Source of the DNA: an uncultured Alphaproteobacteria bacterium
GTDB taxonomy: Bacteria; Pseudomonadota; Alphaproteobacteria; Rhizobiales; Methyloligellaceae
Assembly (NCBI GenBank): GCA_963827365.1
Contig: CAWHAX010000028.1
Coordinates: 6,441 to 70,440 of the forward strand
Reading direction: 5' to 3'
Length of the DNA: 64,000 bases
Under the pieces are notes generated by a model. The model was not told the origin of the DNA and made no database searches. It worked only from the letters and a program-made list of their open reading frames with translations. Made by a program: the position numbers and the translations under genes. Within the stretch, counting starts at the first letter, position 1. The number at the start of each line of letters is the position of its first letter. Of this stretch, positions 52,500-62,055 are shown piece by piece.

Positions 52500-52654
52500 G
52501 GTTTCCTCCATCGCGTTTCTGCGGCTTTGAACGCCTGAGCCGGAACTTGGTTGAGGCAGTCCAACAATTTAATGTTGAAGTAGGGGAGCGTGCCAAAGCG
52601 GCAGCGTTTAAGGAAAGAGGCGTCGCGTGCGATCAATTCGCTGGGGAACCTGAT

Positions 52655-53368
52655 GTGAGTGTGGTCTTTGTTTCCATTCGGCTCGCCGCAATCACCTTTG
52701 CCTGGATTATCACTTGCAACGCCGCCCGCGCGGAGGAGCCGAAACCGCCTCCTTGCAACGAGGACGCCATGCTCGTGTTCGATGCCTCCGGCTCGATGTC
52801 CGGAAGCGTGGGGCTAGGCGTCGCGACCCCGGTCACCCGGATCGACAAAGTGCGATCCGCCCTCGCCAAGGTTTTGCCGAGCGCCACCCGATTTCGCCGC
52901 GTGGGTCTCATCACTTATGGCCCAGGTCCCTACCAACAGTGCAACGTCCACCTCGATCTCAAGCCGACGCCCAACGCCGCGGGCATTATCATGCGCGCCG
53001 TGAATGCTTTGACGCCGGCGGGACCCACGCCGCTGACATCTGCCGTAGAACAGGCGGCCGATGTGCTCGACTTCCGCGCGAAGTCTGGCGTCATCGTTGT
53101 GGTGACTGACGGCGAAGAGACGTGCGGAGGGTCGCCTTGCGACGTCGGCAAAGAGCTCCATGCGGCTGCTGAGCAGCTGACCATCCACGTCATCGGCTAT
53201 CGACCCCCGAATTTCTCTTGGACGGGTGAGCAAAGCCTCGTCGACGCAAAATGCCTCGCCGACAGAAATGGCGGGCTCTATATCGCCGCCGAGACGGAGG
53301 AGGACCTGATCGTGGCTCTCGAAAAGACCCTCGACTGCCCGATGTCGGCGCGGGGCCCTTTGCCCTGA
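52655..53368 (+). CDS. Secreted VWA-domain protein
   Basis: Signal-like N-terminus, MIDAS DASGSM, TPLT, VTDGEETCGGSPC; start uncertain. Confidence 0.85.
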   Translation: MSVVFVSIRLAAITFAWIITCNAARAEEPKPPPCNEDAMLVFDASGSMSGSVGLGVATPVTRIDKVRSALAKVLPSATRFRRVGLITYGPGPYQQCNVHLDLKPTPNAAGIIMRAVNALTPAGPTPLTSAVEQAADVLDFRAKSGVIVVVTDGEETCGGSPCDVGKELHAAAEQLTIHVIGYRPPNFSWTGEQSLVDAKCLADRNGGLYIAAETEEDLIVALEKTLDCPMSARGPLP

Positions 53369-53809
53369 GCGGCGAAGGCAACCTTCGCTGGGCGTGGATC
53401 GCTTCGCCAAGAGCCGGGCGTCACTATCGTCGTTCCCGCCGAACAAAAGGAACCGAGCTGACCGATGACCCACGACCGCCGCAGCCAAGCGAGGAGAAGA
53501 TTGCGGCATAGCGATAGCTACCGCGAGGCCGTCGGCTCGGTGTTGATCAACAAGGCAAGAGTCGCGCCAAGCAGCGCAAGCGTGCTCACAACGGTAATGA
53601 CTAACGAGAAACTCGCGAAAATTCCGCAGGCAGCCGTGGTTTGGGGGAACAACCCCCACCTCGGCGATCAGCCGCGGTCCGAGCGGACATGGTCCATTTC
53701 GCCCAAGATCACAATCTCGGTTTCGATGATGCGCCGCGGCGTCTTGCCGAGGCGATCTGAATGTCGAATCATCCGGCGTTAAACAGGAGCAGGAAGGCGA
53801 GGGTGAGAG

Positions 53810-55307
53810 GTGCCGAATATCCTGATCAGAAAATCGATCGCCCAACTCAAGGCGGAGGCCGAGGAGACCGAGGTGCAGGCTTTGGTCGCCCACGGCGGCG
53901 TGCCATTGAAGCGCACGCTTTCAATGTGGAGCCTCGTCTCGCTCGGCATCGGTTGCATCATAGGCGCCGGCATTTTCGTGCTCACCGGTCATGCCGCAGC
54001 CACCAACGCCGGTCCTGCCATTGCGCTCTCCTTCGTATTTGGCGGCATTGCCTGCGCGTTTGCGGGTCTTTGCTACGCGGAAATGGCGTCCACCGTCCCA
54101 ATCGCGGGGAGCGCCTACACCTATGCCTATGCGACCATGGGCGAATTCATCGCCTGGATGATCGGCTGGGACCTGATCCTCGAATATGCGCTTGGCGCGA
54201 CGACAGTCGCCATCGGCTGGTCGGGCTACGTCGTGAGCTTTCTGCGCGACCTGGGCATCCCGATCTCGGACCAATTTGCAACCTCGCCGCTCGCCTATGA
54301 CGCGGCAGCAGGCGTCTGGAGCCGCACCGGCGCCGTCCTGAACGTTCCGGCCATGCTCATCATCGTGGCGATCTCGGCCCTTCTGGTCATTGGCATTCGT
54401 GAATTGAGCAGGGTCAACAACGTCATCGTCGTCATCAAGGTGGCGATCGTGGTTGTCTTTATCGCGGCGGGCATTGCCTTCGTCAGCACGCAGAATTGGG
54501 TGACAGCAGGCAACCCAGAAGGCGCCTTCATCCCGCCAAATCAAGGGCCCGGCATTTTCGGCTGGAGCGGTGTTCTGCGCGGCGCCGCAGTCGTGTTCTT
54601 CGCCTATATCGGCTTCGATGCGGTCTCGACCGCTTCGCAGGAGGCCATCAACCCTCAGCGCGACATGCCGATCGGTATCCTCGGATCGCTTGGCGTTTGC
54701 ACGCTGCTCTATGTGCTGGTGAGCTTCGTCATCACCGGCATTATGCCCTACGACAAGTTGAACGTGCCGGACCCGATCGCCGTTGGCGTCGACGCGATCG
54801 GCCTTACCTGGCTGTCGCCCATCATCAAGCTTGGCGCGATATTGGGCCTAACCTCGGTCATCCTCGTGCTGCTGATCGGCCAGCCGCGCATCTTTTATTC
54901 CATGTCACGCGACGGGCTGCTGCCGCCGTTCGGCGCCAAGATTCATCCGCGCTTCCGCACGCCTTACGTCAGCACCATTACCGTCGGCATCATCGTCTCG
55001 ATTCTGGCGGGGCTGCTGCCGATTGGCCTTGTCGGTGAACTGGTGAGCATCGGCACGCTGTTCGCATTCGCCATCGTCTGTCTCGGCGTGCTTGCGCTGC
55101 GCATCTCGCAACCAGACATCGAGCGGCCCTTCAGGGCGCCGGCGATCTATTTCGTCGCACCTGCGGGAGCGCTCTCGGCGGTGCTGCTGATGCTAGGATT
55201 GCCCGGCGACACGTGGCTCAGGCTTGGAGTTCTGGCTGATCCTCGGCCTAGTCGTCTATTTCCTATACGGCATGCGCCACAGTCGGGTCGCTCATGAAGC
55301 AACCTAA
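53810..55307 (+). CDS. APC-family amino acid permease with +1 frameshift at about 55230
   Basis: [26 protein letters not shown]; shifted tail [17 protein letters not shown] restores the last TM helix. Confidence 0.9.
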
Positions 55308-55451
55308 GCCTGGGCGGTTGCACATATCGCACCAAGTCGCTCATGAATACGTGGTGACATCAAAAAAGAGCTAACATCGCCGCGCGTGCCGTGTGTGGTC
55401 GTTACTCCCGATCACACGTCCTCGCAGGAAGCTTCGATTTGCCACCACCTT

Positions 55452-55949
55452 CTATCGCTTTGTAATTGGTATCGTTCGCTGTTTGCCGATTGCTTCGGGA
55501 CGCTTGGGGACCTTTATTTTCAATACGCCGTTGTCGAAGCTAGCCTCAACTTTGTCCTCATCAACGGTATCTGGGAGGCGAAGTGAACGTTGGAAGCTGC
55601 CGTAGCGGCGCTCCATCATGCGATAATTCTCCTTCTCCTCATCATGCTCGTGCTTCTTCTCACCTCGGATCGTCAAGACGCCGTCCTGGAGGGCGAGCGA
55701 GATATCCTTCTCGTTGATCCCAGGAAGTTCGGCCTCAACTACGATTTCCTTATCGGTCTCCCTTACGTCAATATGTGGGGTGAGCGTAAAGCCTCGGCCT
55801 CCGCTGGTGCCGAACATGCCAGAGAAAGCTGGGAGCCCACCCATGAAGCTGTCAAACAAGCTATCCATCTCCGCTCTGAGGGCGCTGAAGGGGTCTGAAT
55901 AACGGGGTGCAAGGTCTTTTCTGCTGGATCTGTCGGGATCGTTGGTCAT
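55452..55949 (-). CDS. Hsp20/alpha-crystallin small heat-shock protein
   Basis: AELPG, LTIRGEK, ERRYGSFQR, ASFDNGVL. Confidence 0.95.
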   Translation of the reverse strand: MTNDPDRSSRKDLAPRYSDPFSALRAEMDSLFDSFMGGLPAFSGMFGTSGGRGFTLTPHIDVRETDKEIVVEAELPGINEKDISLALQDGVLTIRGEKKHEHDEEKENYRMMERRYGSFQRSLRLPDTVDEDKVEASFDNGVLKIKVPKRPEAIGKQRTIPITKR

Positions 55950-55979
55950 GGTTACCTCCTATGGCAGCCTTACAGGCAG

Positions 55980-56009
55980 ATCTAGGAAGCCACCAACACT
56001 CCTCGCAAG
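55980..56009 (-). promoter_or_regulatory. RpoH-like promoter of hsp20
   Basis: CTTGCG-N17-CCTAGAT. Confidence 0.4.
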
Positions 56010-56040
56010 AGGGATAAACTGATGGGTGCCGGTGCAATCC

Positions 56041-56162
56041 GATGTCTGCTATTGGCACAAAGCAGACATGCTCAATGCGCTGACGAATGTCCGCTTTTGG
56101 GGGCAAAGCGGCCAGTGACCAACCGCTGCTTACCAATCGCGATTTATGAGTACACGGCCTAG
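56041..56162. repeat. Palindrome cluster with IS5-type end remnant
   Basis: ATGTCTGC...GCAGACAT, GTCCGCTTTTGGGGGCAAAGCGG, then TTATGAGTACACGGCCTAG (YEYTA*). Confidence 0.7.
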
Positions 56163-56355
56163 TCACTAAGCCCCACTCCTCGCGGATTATGGGAAGTCAG
56201 CCACCCCCTGTCGGTCCCGTCGAAGAGAGACCCCCCAGGAGGGTCTCTCCTGAGTGGCAGGAGCGAGTCTCGGGGAAGCTTGGCGAGCCGTTAAAACCGA
56301 GAAGCTGGACAGAATGGATGCGGTCGTGGATGCCTTCGTGGCTCCCTAAATTTTG

Positions 56356-56511
56356 ATGGATGAGGACAAGGTTGAAGCGAGCTTCAACAATGGTGTTTTG
56401 AAAGTGAGCCTTCCCAAGCGCCCCGAAGCGATTGGTAAACAGCGCACGATACCGATGAAGAAGGGGGAGGCTGAAAAATCGGTAGCGCCGTCATGCTACC
56501 AGGCAAGTTAG
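56356..56511 (+). pseudogene. Inverted partial Hsp20 paralog (C-terminal part)
   Basis: DEDKVEASFNNGVLKVSLPKRPEAIGKQRTIPMKK, near-identical to the 55452 gene tail. Confidence 0.8.
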
Positions 56512-57011
56512 TCTCGCCTCCTCAGTTGTGAAGGCGCTCACGCGGTTGACGTGAGCGCGTCTTGCGCCAGACCCTTCAAGGCTAATGTGCTGATGAAATC
56601 GGTCAGCCGCGCAACGAAGGCCTCGTCGATTTTCAGGTTGAACGGCGGCTGCGCGAACTGCTCGCGATTGCGCACGAACACGCTGCATTGACCCATCAGT
56701 GAGATGGCGGCGCACATGGCGTCGTGATCGCGAGATGACCGCTCGTTGAGCTCAGGTCGTCGCTACGGCGGAGCAATTGAGATGCGCGGTTGATTATGAT
56801 CGTCTCCTCGACTGGAGCACCCATGGTCCAATAATGGCGTCCATCGACGTCCAGGTAGATGGAGCTGCGACCAGTCGTGCGAAGATTTTGGATTCCTTAC
56901 GCGGTCCCGCCCTCAATCGCCTCGCGGAGCTCTCCCGTGTACTCACCACAGCGGCCTTGGTGATTCAGGCTTTCGGGATCGGTGAGCTAGAGCCCCAGAG
57001 TTAGCCCCCAT

Positions 57012-58664
57012 TCATTGGGAGGAGGGTTCCACCGCCCTATTGAGCTTGGTGTCGAGCACCTCGATTTTCGCCCCTCGTCTCAATCGCGACACAACCTCCC
57101 GGAGCTTCTGTTGCTCGAGCTGATCTCTGAGGGTGTCCCACGTGGGCGGTGGCTGTTGGCGTTTTTCCTCGAGCTTAAAGACGTACCAGCCCTGTTCAGT
57201 CCAAACGGGTTCCGAGATTTGGCCCACCTTGAGAGTAAAGACAGCGTCTTCAACAGGTTGTAGTAGCAGCTGACCGCGCCGGATGAAGCCAAGCTCGCTT
57301 CCGTCGGAACCCGGGTCTTTAGACACCTCTTTGGCGACGGCGACAAAGTCCTCGCCATTCTTGAGCCGTTCCGCGACTTTCTTGGCCTCAGCCTCAGTCG
57401 GGACTAGGATGTGTCGGGCGCGCACCTCAGATTCCCGCTCGATTTTGGCGATTTTCTCGTTATAGAGATCCTTGATCGCTTGGTCTGAGACGGAACCACG
57501 GATGTTCTTGTCAAAGTACATATCCCGGAGCGCGCGCCTTCGTTGGTAAGTAGACCAACCCTCGAAGCTTCGTCCCGCGGCGAGGTTTTGCTTCTCAGCA
57601 TCCTCCGCCATAAGCTGATTTTCGATATTGAATTGTAGGAGCACCAGGCCGCGGTTTTCCTGAGACAAACCGGCCAACCGGGCTCCCCACTCCGAGGCCG
57701 CCGAATCAAGGTCGGACTGCACAATTTCGGCATCGTTCACACGCGCCACGATAGCATCCTCGGCCGCAGGTACGGGAGGGGCCGACGGAACTGGTATGTT
57801 GGTGGTGCCGACGTCAGATCCTGATACAGGAGATTGTAGCCCGGGAGTTAACTCGGATTTGTCTGAGTTTGCTTGGGGGCTGGGCGATCCACCCGAGGAC
57901 CCTGCTTCTCCCTTTTTGTCATTCGGTTCCAGGGTTCGAGCTGGACCAGCCGGACTGGGCTCCTCCTTGGGCGGCGACTTCGGTGACATTGGTTCGCTCG
58001 CCGGCTCCGGGGTCTCGGAGCTGCTGACAGTCGGGAAACGTTCCAGATAGCCGCTAGGGCCACGAAATATGTGGGGCATGTAGCGATAGCGGTTTCGTTC
58101 CTGTGCCGTCAGAAAATGGCGCCAGCGATAGAAGCTTGGGTTGGTGGCCGCATAGGGTGGCAGGTCGTAGTAGGCGTCTGCCGTCGGGTAGTGGCCCGCT
58201 TTATAGGGATAGGGAGGATAGACGGGAATTGCGGGTGGACCACCTGCCGGAGTGCTATGGAATTGGAGTGCGCTCGCCCGCACATAGCCATCATATTTGT
58301 TCCAGGCCACCCCGCACCAGCCACGCGAGCAGCGGCCGACATTCACCAGCGTGCCTTCGGAAAGATTGAGAATAAGCTCGGCTCGCGCGTTGGGCGCCAT
58401 CCGAAGCGCAACGTCGGTGTTGGTCTTGACCATTATGGCGAACGCGGTGCCGGTGCTCATGGCAAGCGCCACCGCAGCGGCGAGCATTCTGATCAAAGCG
58501 CGTATCCGAGAGCCCCCCTCTCGATTCGTCAACTTGGCACAGGCTCGCCTCAAATTCATGCGGCATTGCGAAAAACTAACCGCTTTTTGCGTGGTACGTG
58601 GTCGTGCAGGGCCAAGTTCAAGATTCCACGACCCACCGCTGCCGTTCAACGAAGGGCGTTGCAA
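57012..58664 (-). CDS. SH3b + PpiC/parvulin peptidylprolyl isomerase fusion
   Basis: Signal (start probably near 58487), ALRMAP...C..GWC.V...GYV, then ARHILV...F..VAKE.S.D.GS...LGF. Confidence 0.8.
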   Translation of the reverse strand: MQRPSLNGSGGSWNLELGPARPRTTQKAVSFSQCRMNLRRACAKLTNREGGSRIRALIRMLAAAVALAMSTGTAFAIMVKTNTDVALRMAPNARAELILNLSEGTLVNVGRCSRGWCGVAWNKYDGYVRASALQFHSTPAGGPPAIPVYPPYPYKAGHYPTADAYYDLPPYAATNPSFYRWRHFLTAQERNRYRYMPHIFRGPSGYLERFPTVSSSETPEPASEPMSPKSPPKEEPSPAGPARTLEPNDKKGEAGSSGGSPSPQANSDKSELTPGLQSPVSGSDVGTTNIPVPSAPPVPAAEDAIVARVNDAEIVQSDLDSAASEWGARLAGLSQENRGLVLLQFNIENQLMAEDAEKQNLAAGRSFEGWSTYQRRRALRDMYFDKNIRGSVSDQAIKDLYNEKIAKIERESEVRARHILVPTEAEAKKVAERLKNGEDFVAVAKEVSKDPGSDGSELGFIRRGQLLLQPVEDAVFTLKVGQISEPVWTEQGWYVFKLEEKRQQPPPTWDTLRDQLEQQKLREVVSRLRRGAKIEVLDTKLNRAVEPSSQ

Positions 58665-58904
58665 AGCTAGGCGCAGCCGTTCCTCGTCACAGCTTCTGGA
58701 CTGGGGTCAGGCACCGGGAGCGGTGTTTGCTTTTGCTCCGAGAATGTCCCTTATCGGAAGCAACCGCTCGTCAGTGAGGCACCGAATCACGCAGCACCGG
58801 GTGCTGACGAGCTAGGCTCTTCCCACCGCGTTCTCGGGCAAAGGATTATCGGGCCGTTCAGGGGAATTTCAGGAACCCAACGATTTAGGTTTTTGCTTGA
58901 GGTC

Positions 58905-59903
58905 CTAATATCCTCGGTAGTAACCGCGCGGGGGCCGATAATAGCCCTGCGGACTGCCATAAGGCCCGCGGAACCACCCACCGAAAAGACCTCGTCTCGG
59001 AGGCGGCGGCGCAAAGTAGCCAGGCCCGGGCCGCCAGGGAGGCACGCCATAAGAATAGGCCGGCTCATCCGGCACGTTTGACTCATCGCCCGGCGTGACG
59101 CCGGCAAGAACGACCTTGGTATTTTCCATGCCGTTCGTCTTGACCAGGTCATAGAGAATGACGGCATTGTCCGGCGAAATGCGCACGCAACCGTGCGACA
59201 AGGGTTTGCCGAGGGACTTCACTTCATGACTGCCGTGAATGGCATGCCCATCCTTTATGAAGAAGATCGAATGAGGCATGGGGGCGTTGTCCCACTGTTT
59301 GCTGTACCAGACCTCATTCATGGACGTGGGCGTAAACGTTCCCGACGGCGTTGAATATCCATACTTACCGGTTGAGACCGGCCAAGAATATTTCTCGATG
59401 CCATCGACCAACACCGTCATCTGCTGACGCGACTTGTCGATGTTGATCGTAATCTGGGATCCGCTTTGAGCGGGCTCAGGACTGGCGGCTGACTTCGCAG
59501 CTTCGGGCGTCGAGCCCGTCTGAGCGGCAAGTCCATCGGACTTTGGCTGCGAGGCCGCCTCGCTTGGATTTGGCTGCTTGGCCGCTTCGGTGGACTCGGG
59601 CTGTTCGGCTACTTCGCCAGGCTTGGATTCAGCATCTGGTAGATTACCCTCGGTCTGCGTGTTCGTGCTCGTCTCTGGACTCGCAGGCGACGCAAGCGCC
59701 CGAGCCTCCCGCATGGCCTTGCAAGCTTCGCTCAACTCGTCCGTGTGCTGATCGAGGCAAGCCCCAATGTTTGCCCTCGTCTCGTTCTTGCAAAACTTCT
59801 GCCGATCCTGCTGGCACTCGCCCTCGGCCATCACGGTGGCTGGAATTGCCAGGGTGGCTGCTAGCGAAGCTGCTAGGATGGTCATTGCGGTTTTCGTGAT
59901 CAT
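58905..59903 (-). CDS. L,D-transpeptidase (YkuD) with Cys-rich N-terminal module
   Basis: WPVSTG, APMP, AIHG, SHGCVR; N-terminal CQQD..KFC...GACL.....LSEAC. Confidence 0.9.
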   Translation of the reverse strand: MITKTAMTILAASLAATLAIPATVMAEGECQQDRQKFCKNETRANIGACLDQHTDELSEACKAMREARALASPASPETSTNTQTEGNLPDAESKPGEVAEQPESTEAAKQPNPSEAASQPKSDGLAAQTGSTPEAAKSAASPEPAQSGSQITINIDKSRQQMTVLVDGIEKYSWPVSTGKYGYSTPSGTFTPTSMNEVWYSKQWDNAPMPHSIFFIKDGHAIHGSHEVKSLGKPLSHGCVRISPDNAVILYDLVKTNGMENTKVVLAGVTPGDESNVPDEPAYSYGVPPWRPGPGYFAPPPPRRGLFGGWFRGPYGSPQGYYRPPRGYYRGY

Positions 59904-59959
59904 CCCCTGTTTTCCCCACGATTCGCACTATAGGAGAAGAGCCTAGGAGCGGTTTCCCA

Positions 59960-60752
59960 TTAACGGAAGAATCCCCCAAAAAGCCCAACCGGCCGCGCGG
60001 GCTGGCGGCGCTGCGGGATCTGAGTGGCGGCATGGTAGCCGCGTGGATCCGGCCCTCTCACCACGATCTTGGTGTTGCTCACACCGCGCGCGGAGACGAG
60101 CGCGAACAGGGTGGCAGCATTGCCGAGCGAGAGCCGCACGCAGCCATGCGACGCCGGCGTGCCGAGACCGGGATGGTTCGAGCCGTGAATGGCGTGGCCG
60201 CGCGAACTAAAGAAAATCGAATGCGGCATCCCGGCATTGTCCCACTCCCGCGAATAATGCATCCGCTCCATACGGAACGCCTTATAGGAGCCGGGCGGCG
60301 TCGAATATTTGGTGGCGCCGGTCGAGACGCGCCAGCGGTAGCGCACGTGACCATTGACTGTGACGGTCATGCGCTGCGTTGGCTTGTTAATTGCGATAAG
60401 AATATCGGGAACCGCTGCCTTGCGTGGCTGGATGGTCGTGGACGCCGGATTAGCCTTCGGGACCGCCGAATTGGAGCCAGTAGGCGTACCCGGTGACTCG
60501 GACTGGGTCTCGGTGCCCGGTGTGGCGGTGCTCGGAGTTTGGGACTCGGAGCCGGGTGAGCCGGTGCTTGGAGTTTGAGACTCGGAGCCGGGTGAGCCGG
60601 TGCTCGGAGTTTGGGACTCGGAGCCGGGTGAGCCGGTGCTTGGAGTTTGGGAACTCGGGGCCGGTCTGGGCGCTCGCAGGAAAAGCGAGCATCGCTCCCA
60701 GAGCAGCAACGCTTAGCAAGCGGCAATGTCTCAGGAAAGCTGATTGGTGCAT
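59960..60752 (-). CDS. L,D-transpeptidase (YkuD) with +1 frameshift at about 60652
   Basis: Signal MHQSAF...AFPASAQ in one frame; SQTPSTGSPG repeats and AIHG/SHGCVRL in the next. Confidence 0.85.
60526..60658. repeat. 36-bp tandem repeat, about 3.7 copies (SESQTPSTGSPG)
   Basis: Unit GGGACTCGGAGCCGGGTGAGCCGGTGCTYGGAGTTT. Confidence 0.9.
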
Positions 60753-61283
60753 CTGACCACTAACCCCCCGAGTGCGCCCAAACGCGGTAAAAAATCGGCC
60801 CGGAAGTGGGACACACAAGTCAGGGATTAGCCCCTCAAAAGTTGGTCGATTTTTGGCTTGCGAGCTTCGTCCAATCGCGCCCCCTGTCACTCACGTACGC
60901 TATGGGGGAGGGCTATAGTATCTAATCCACGGTATATCCGGCATCCGACCCCTCCATCGTTGCACGATAATTATCGGAAGCAAACAGCTCTCAGTGGGGC
61001 ACTAAATCGTGCAATGCCGCGTCATGAACCCAGCAGCTATTTCGCATCAGGCTCGACAATCTTGCGCACGATTGTGTGGTGAACTCACACCGCATCTTGC
61101 TCGCCGGGACCCACGCATGGGGGAGGGTTATGGATCCTAATCCGGGTACACCCCGGCACCCACACCATGCTACCCGCTTAGATTGCTGGCTCCATCGCCG
61201 GCGACGCGAGGTCGCTTGCCACCGGCAAGTTGCTTGGCGACCTGGGCGCTTGGTGCATTGAAGCCAGCCGAGACCCGAAGCGA

Positions 61284-61530
61284 TCACGTCACGGCAGATG
61301 GCCGGAAAGCGTAAATTGAGACTTCGTTCGCTTGAGATTCCAGTTCTCCGCGCACCACATACCCATTTCGCGTGAGCAGTTGCGTCAGCTTGCGGCCATC
61401 CGTTTTGTAATTGTGGATTTCAATGCTGATCCATCGGGGAAAGGGACCCGCTTCCAGAATAGCGGGGAGTACTACGTATTCGCTTGCCTCAATGTCGAGC
61501 TTGAGCCAGCAGCTCGGGCCTAAGGGAGAC
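61284..61530 (-). pseudogene. FkbM-like methyltransferase C-terminal remnant
   Basis: Manual translation WLKLDIEASEYVVLPAIL...ISIEIH...LLTRNGY; no start codon. Confidence 0.5.
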
Positions 61531-61585
61531 GGGAGCTGTGAGTGCTCTTGCTACTCAGTTTCTTCAAGGCATTGGCGCATATCGG

Positions 61586-61930
61586 TTATACCAGCAGGTC
61601 GAACGAGTGTGACTGAAGCTGAGCCAACGTTACGGCCTCTAAAGTAATCGTGTCCGTACCGGAGGTAATGACGGCGTTTGATCCGACGTCCGTGGTGTGA
61701 TCCCAAACGTCCTGCAGACTATTGAAGTCAAGCCCGCTGAGGTCGAGCGTGTCGTGATTCTTGGCAGTGCCGATTTGGAAATCGGTCACGGTGTCATTAC
61801 CAAAACCGGGAAGGAACACGAGAGTTTCGTTGCCGCTGCCGCCGCTGAGAATATCGTTACCCAAACCGCCGATCAGCGTGTCCTTTGCGCCATTGCCGAT
61901 GAGGGTGTCATCGCCTAGCTCCACCTCCAC
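61586..61930 (-). pseudogene. C-terminal fragment of an RTX/Ca-binding secreted protein
   Basis: [41 protein letters not shown]. Confidence 0.75.
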
Positions 61931-62055
61931 CGAACATGAGAAAAATTCAGCATACCTCTGATCTTCAGCTTCTGCCGCTCAGTTTGAGGGGAATAACGGA
62001 CATGACGCGGACGTGACGCGATGTCTGCTCATGTGAACAGTGGCAGCCAGCAGCC

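Noticed and set aside
53369-53800. Possible decayed membrane-protein gene; similar scraps at 35900-36300 and 56520-57000
   Set aside because: Stops in plausible frames and no recognisable family
55861-56166. ORF containing LPPKADI...VPIADI
   Set aside because: Translation of the palindromic repeat cluster, not a gene
60526-60658. 36-bp repeats as a CRISPR array
   Set aside because: Head-to-tail with no spacers, inside a coding region, no cas genes
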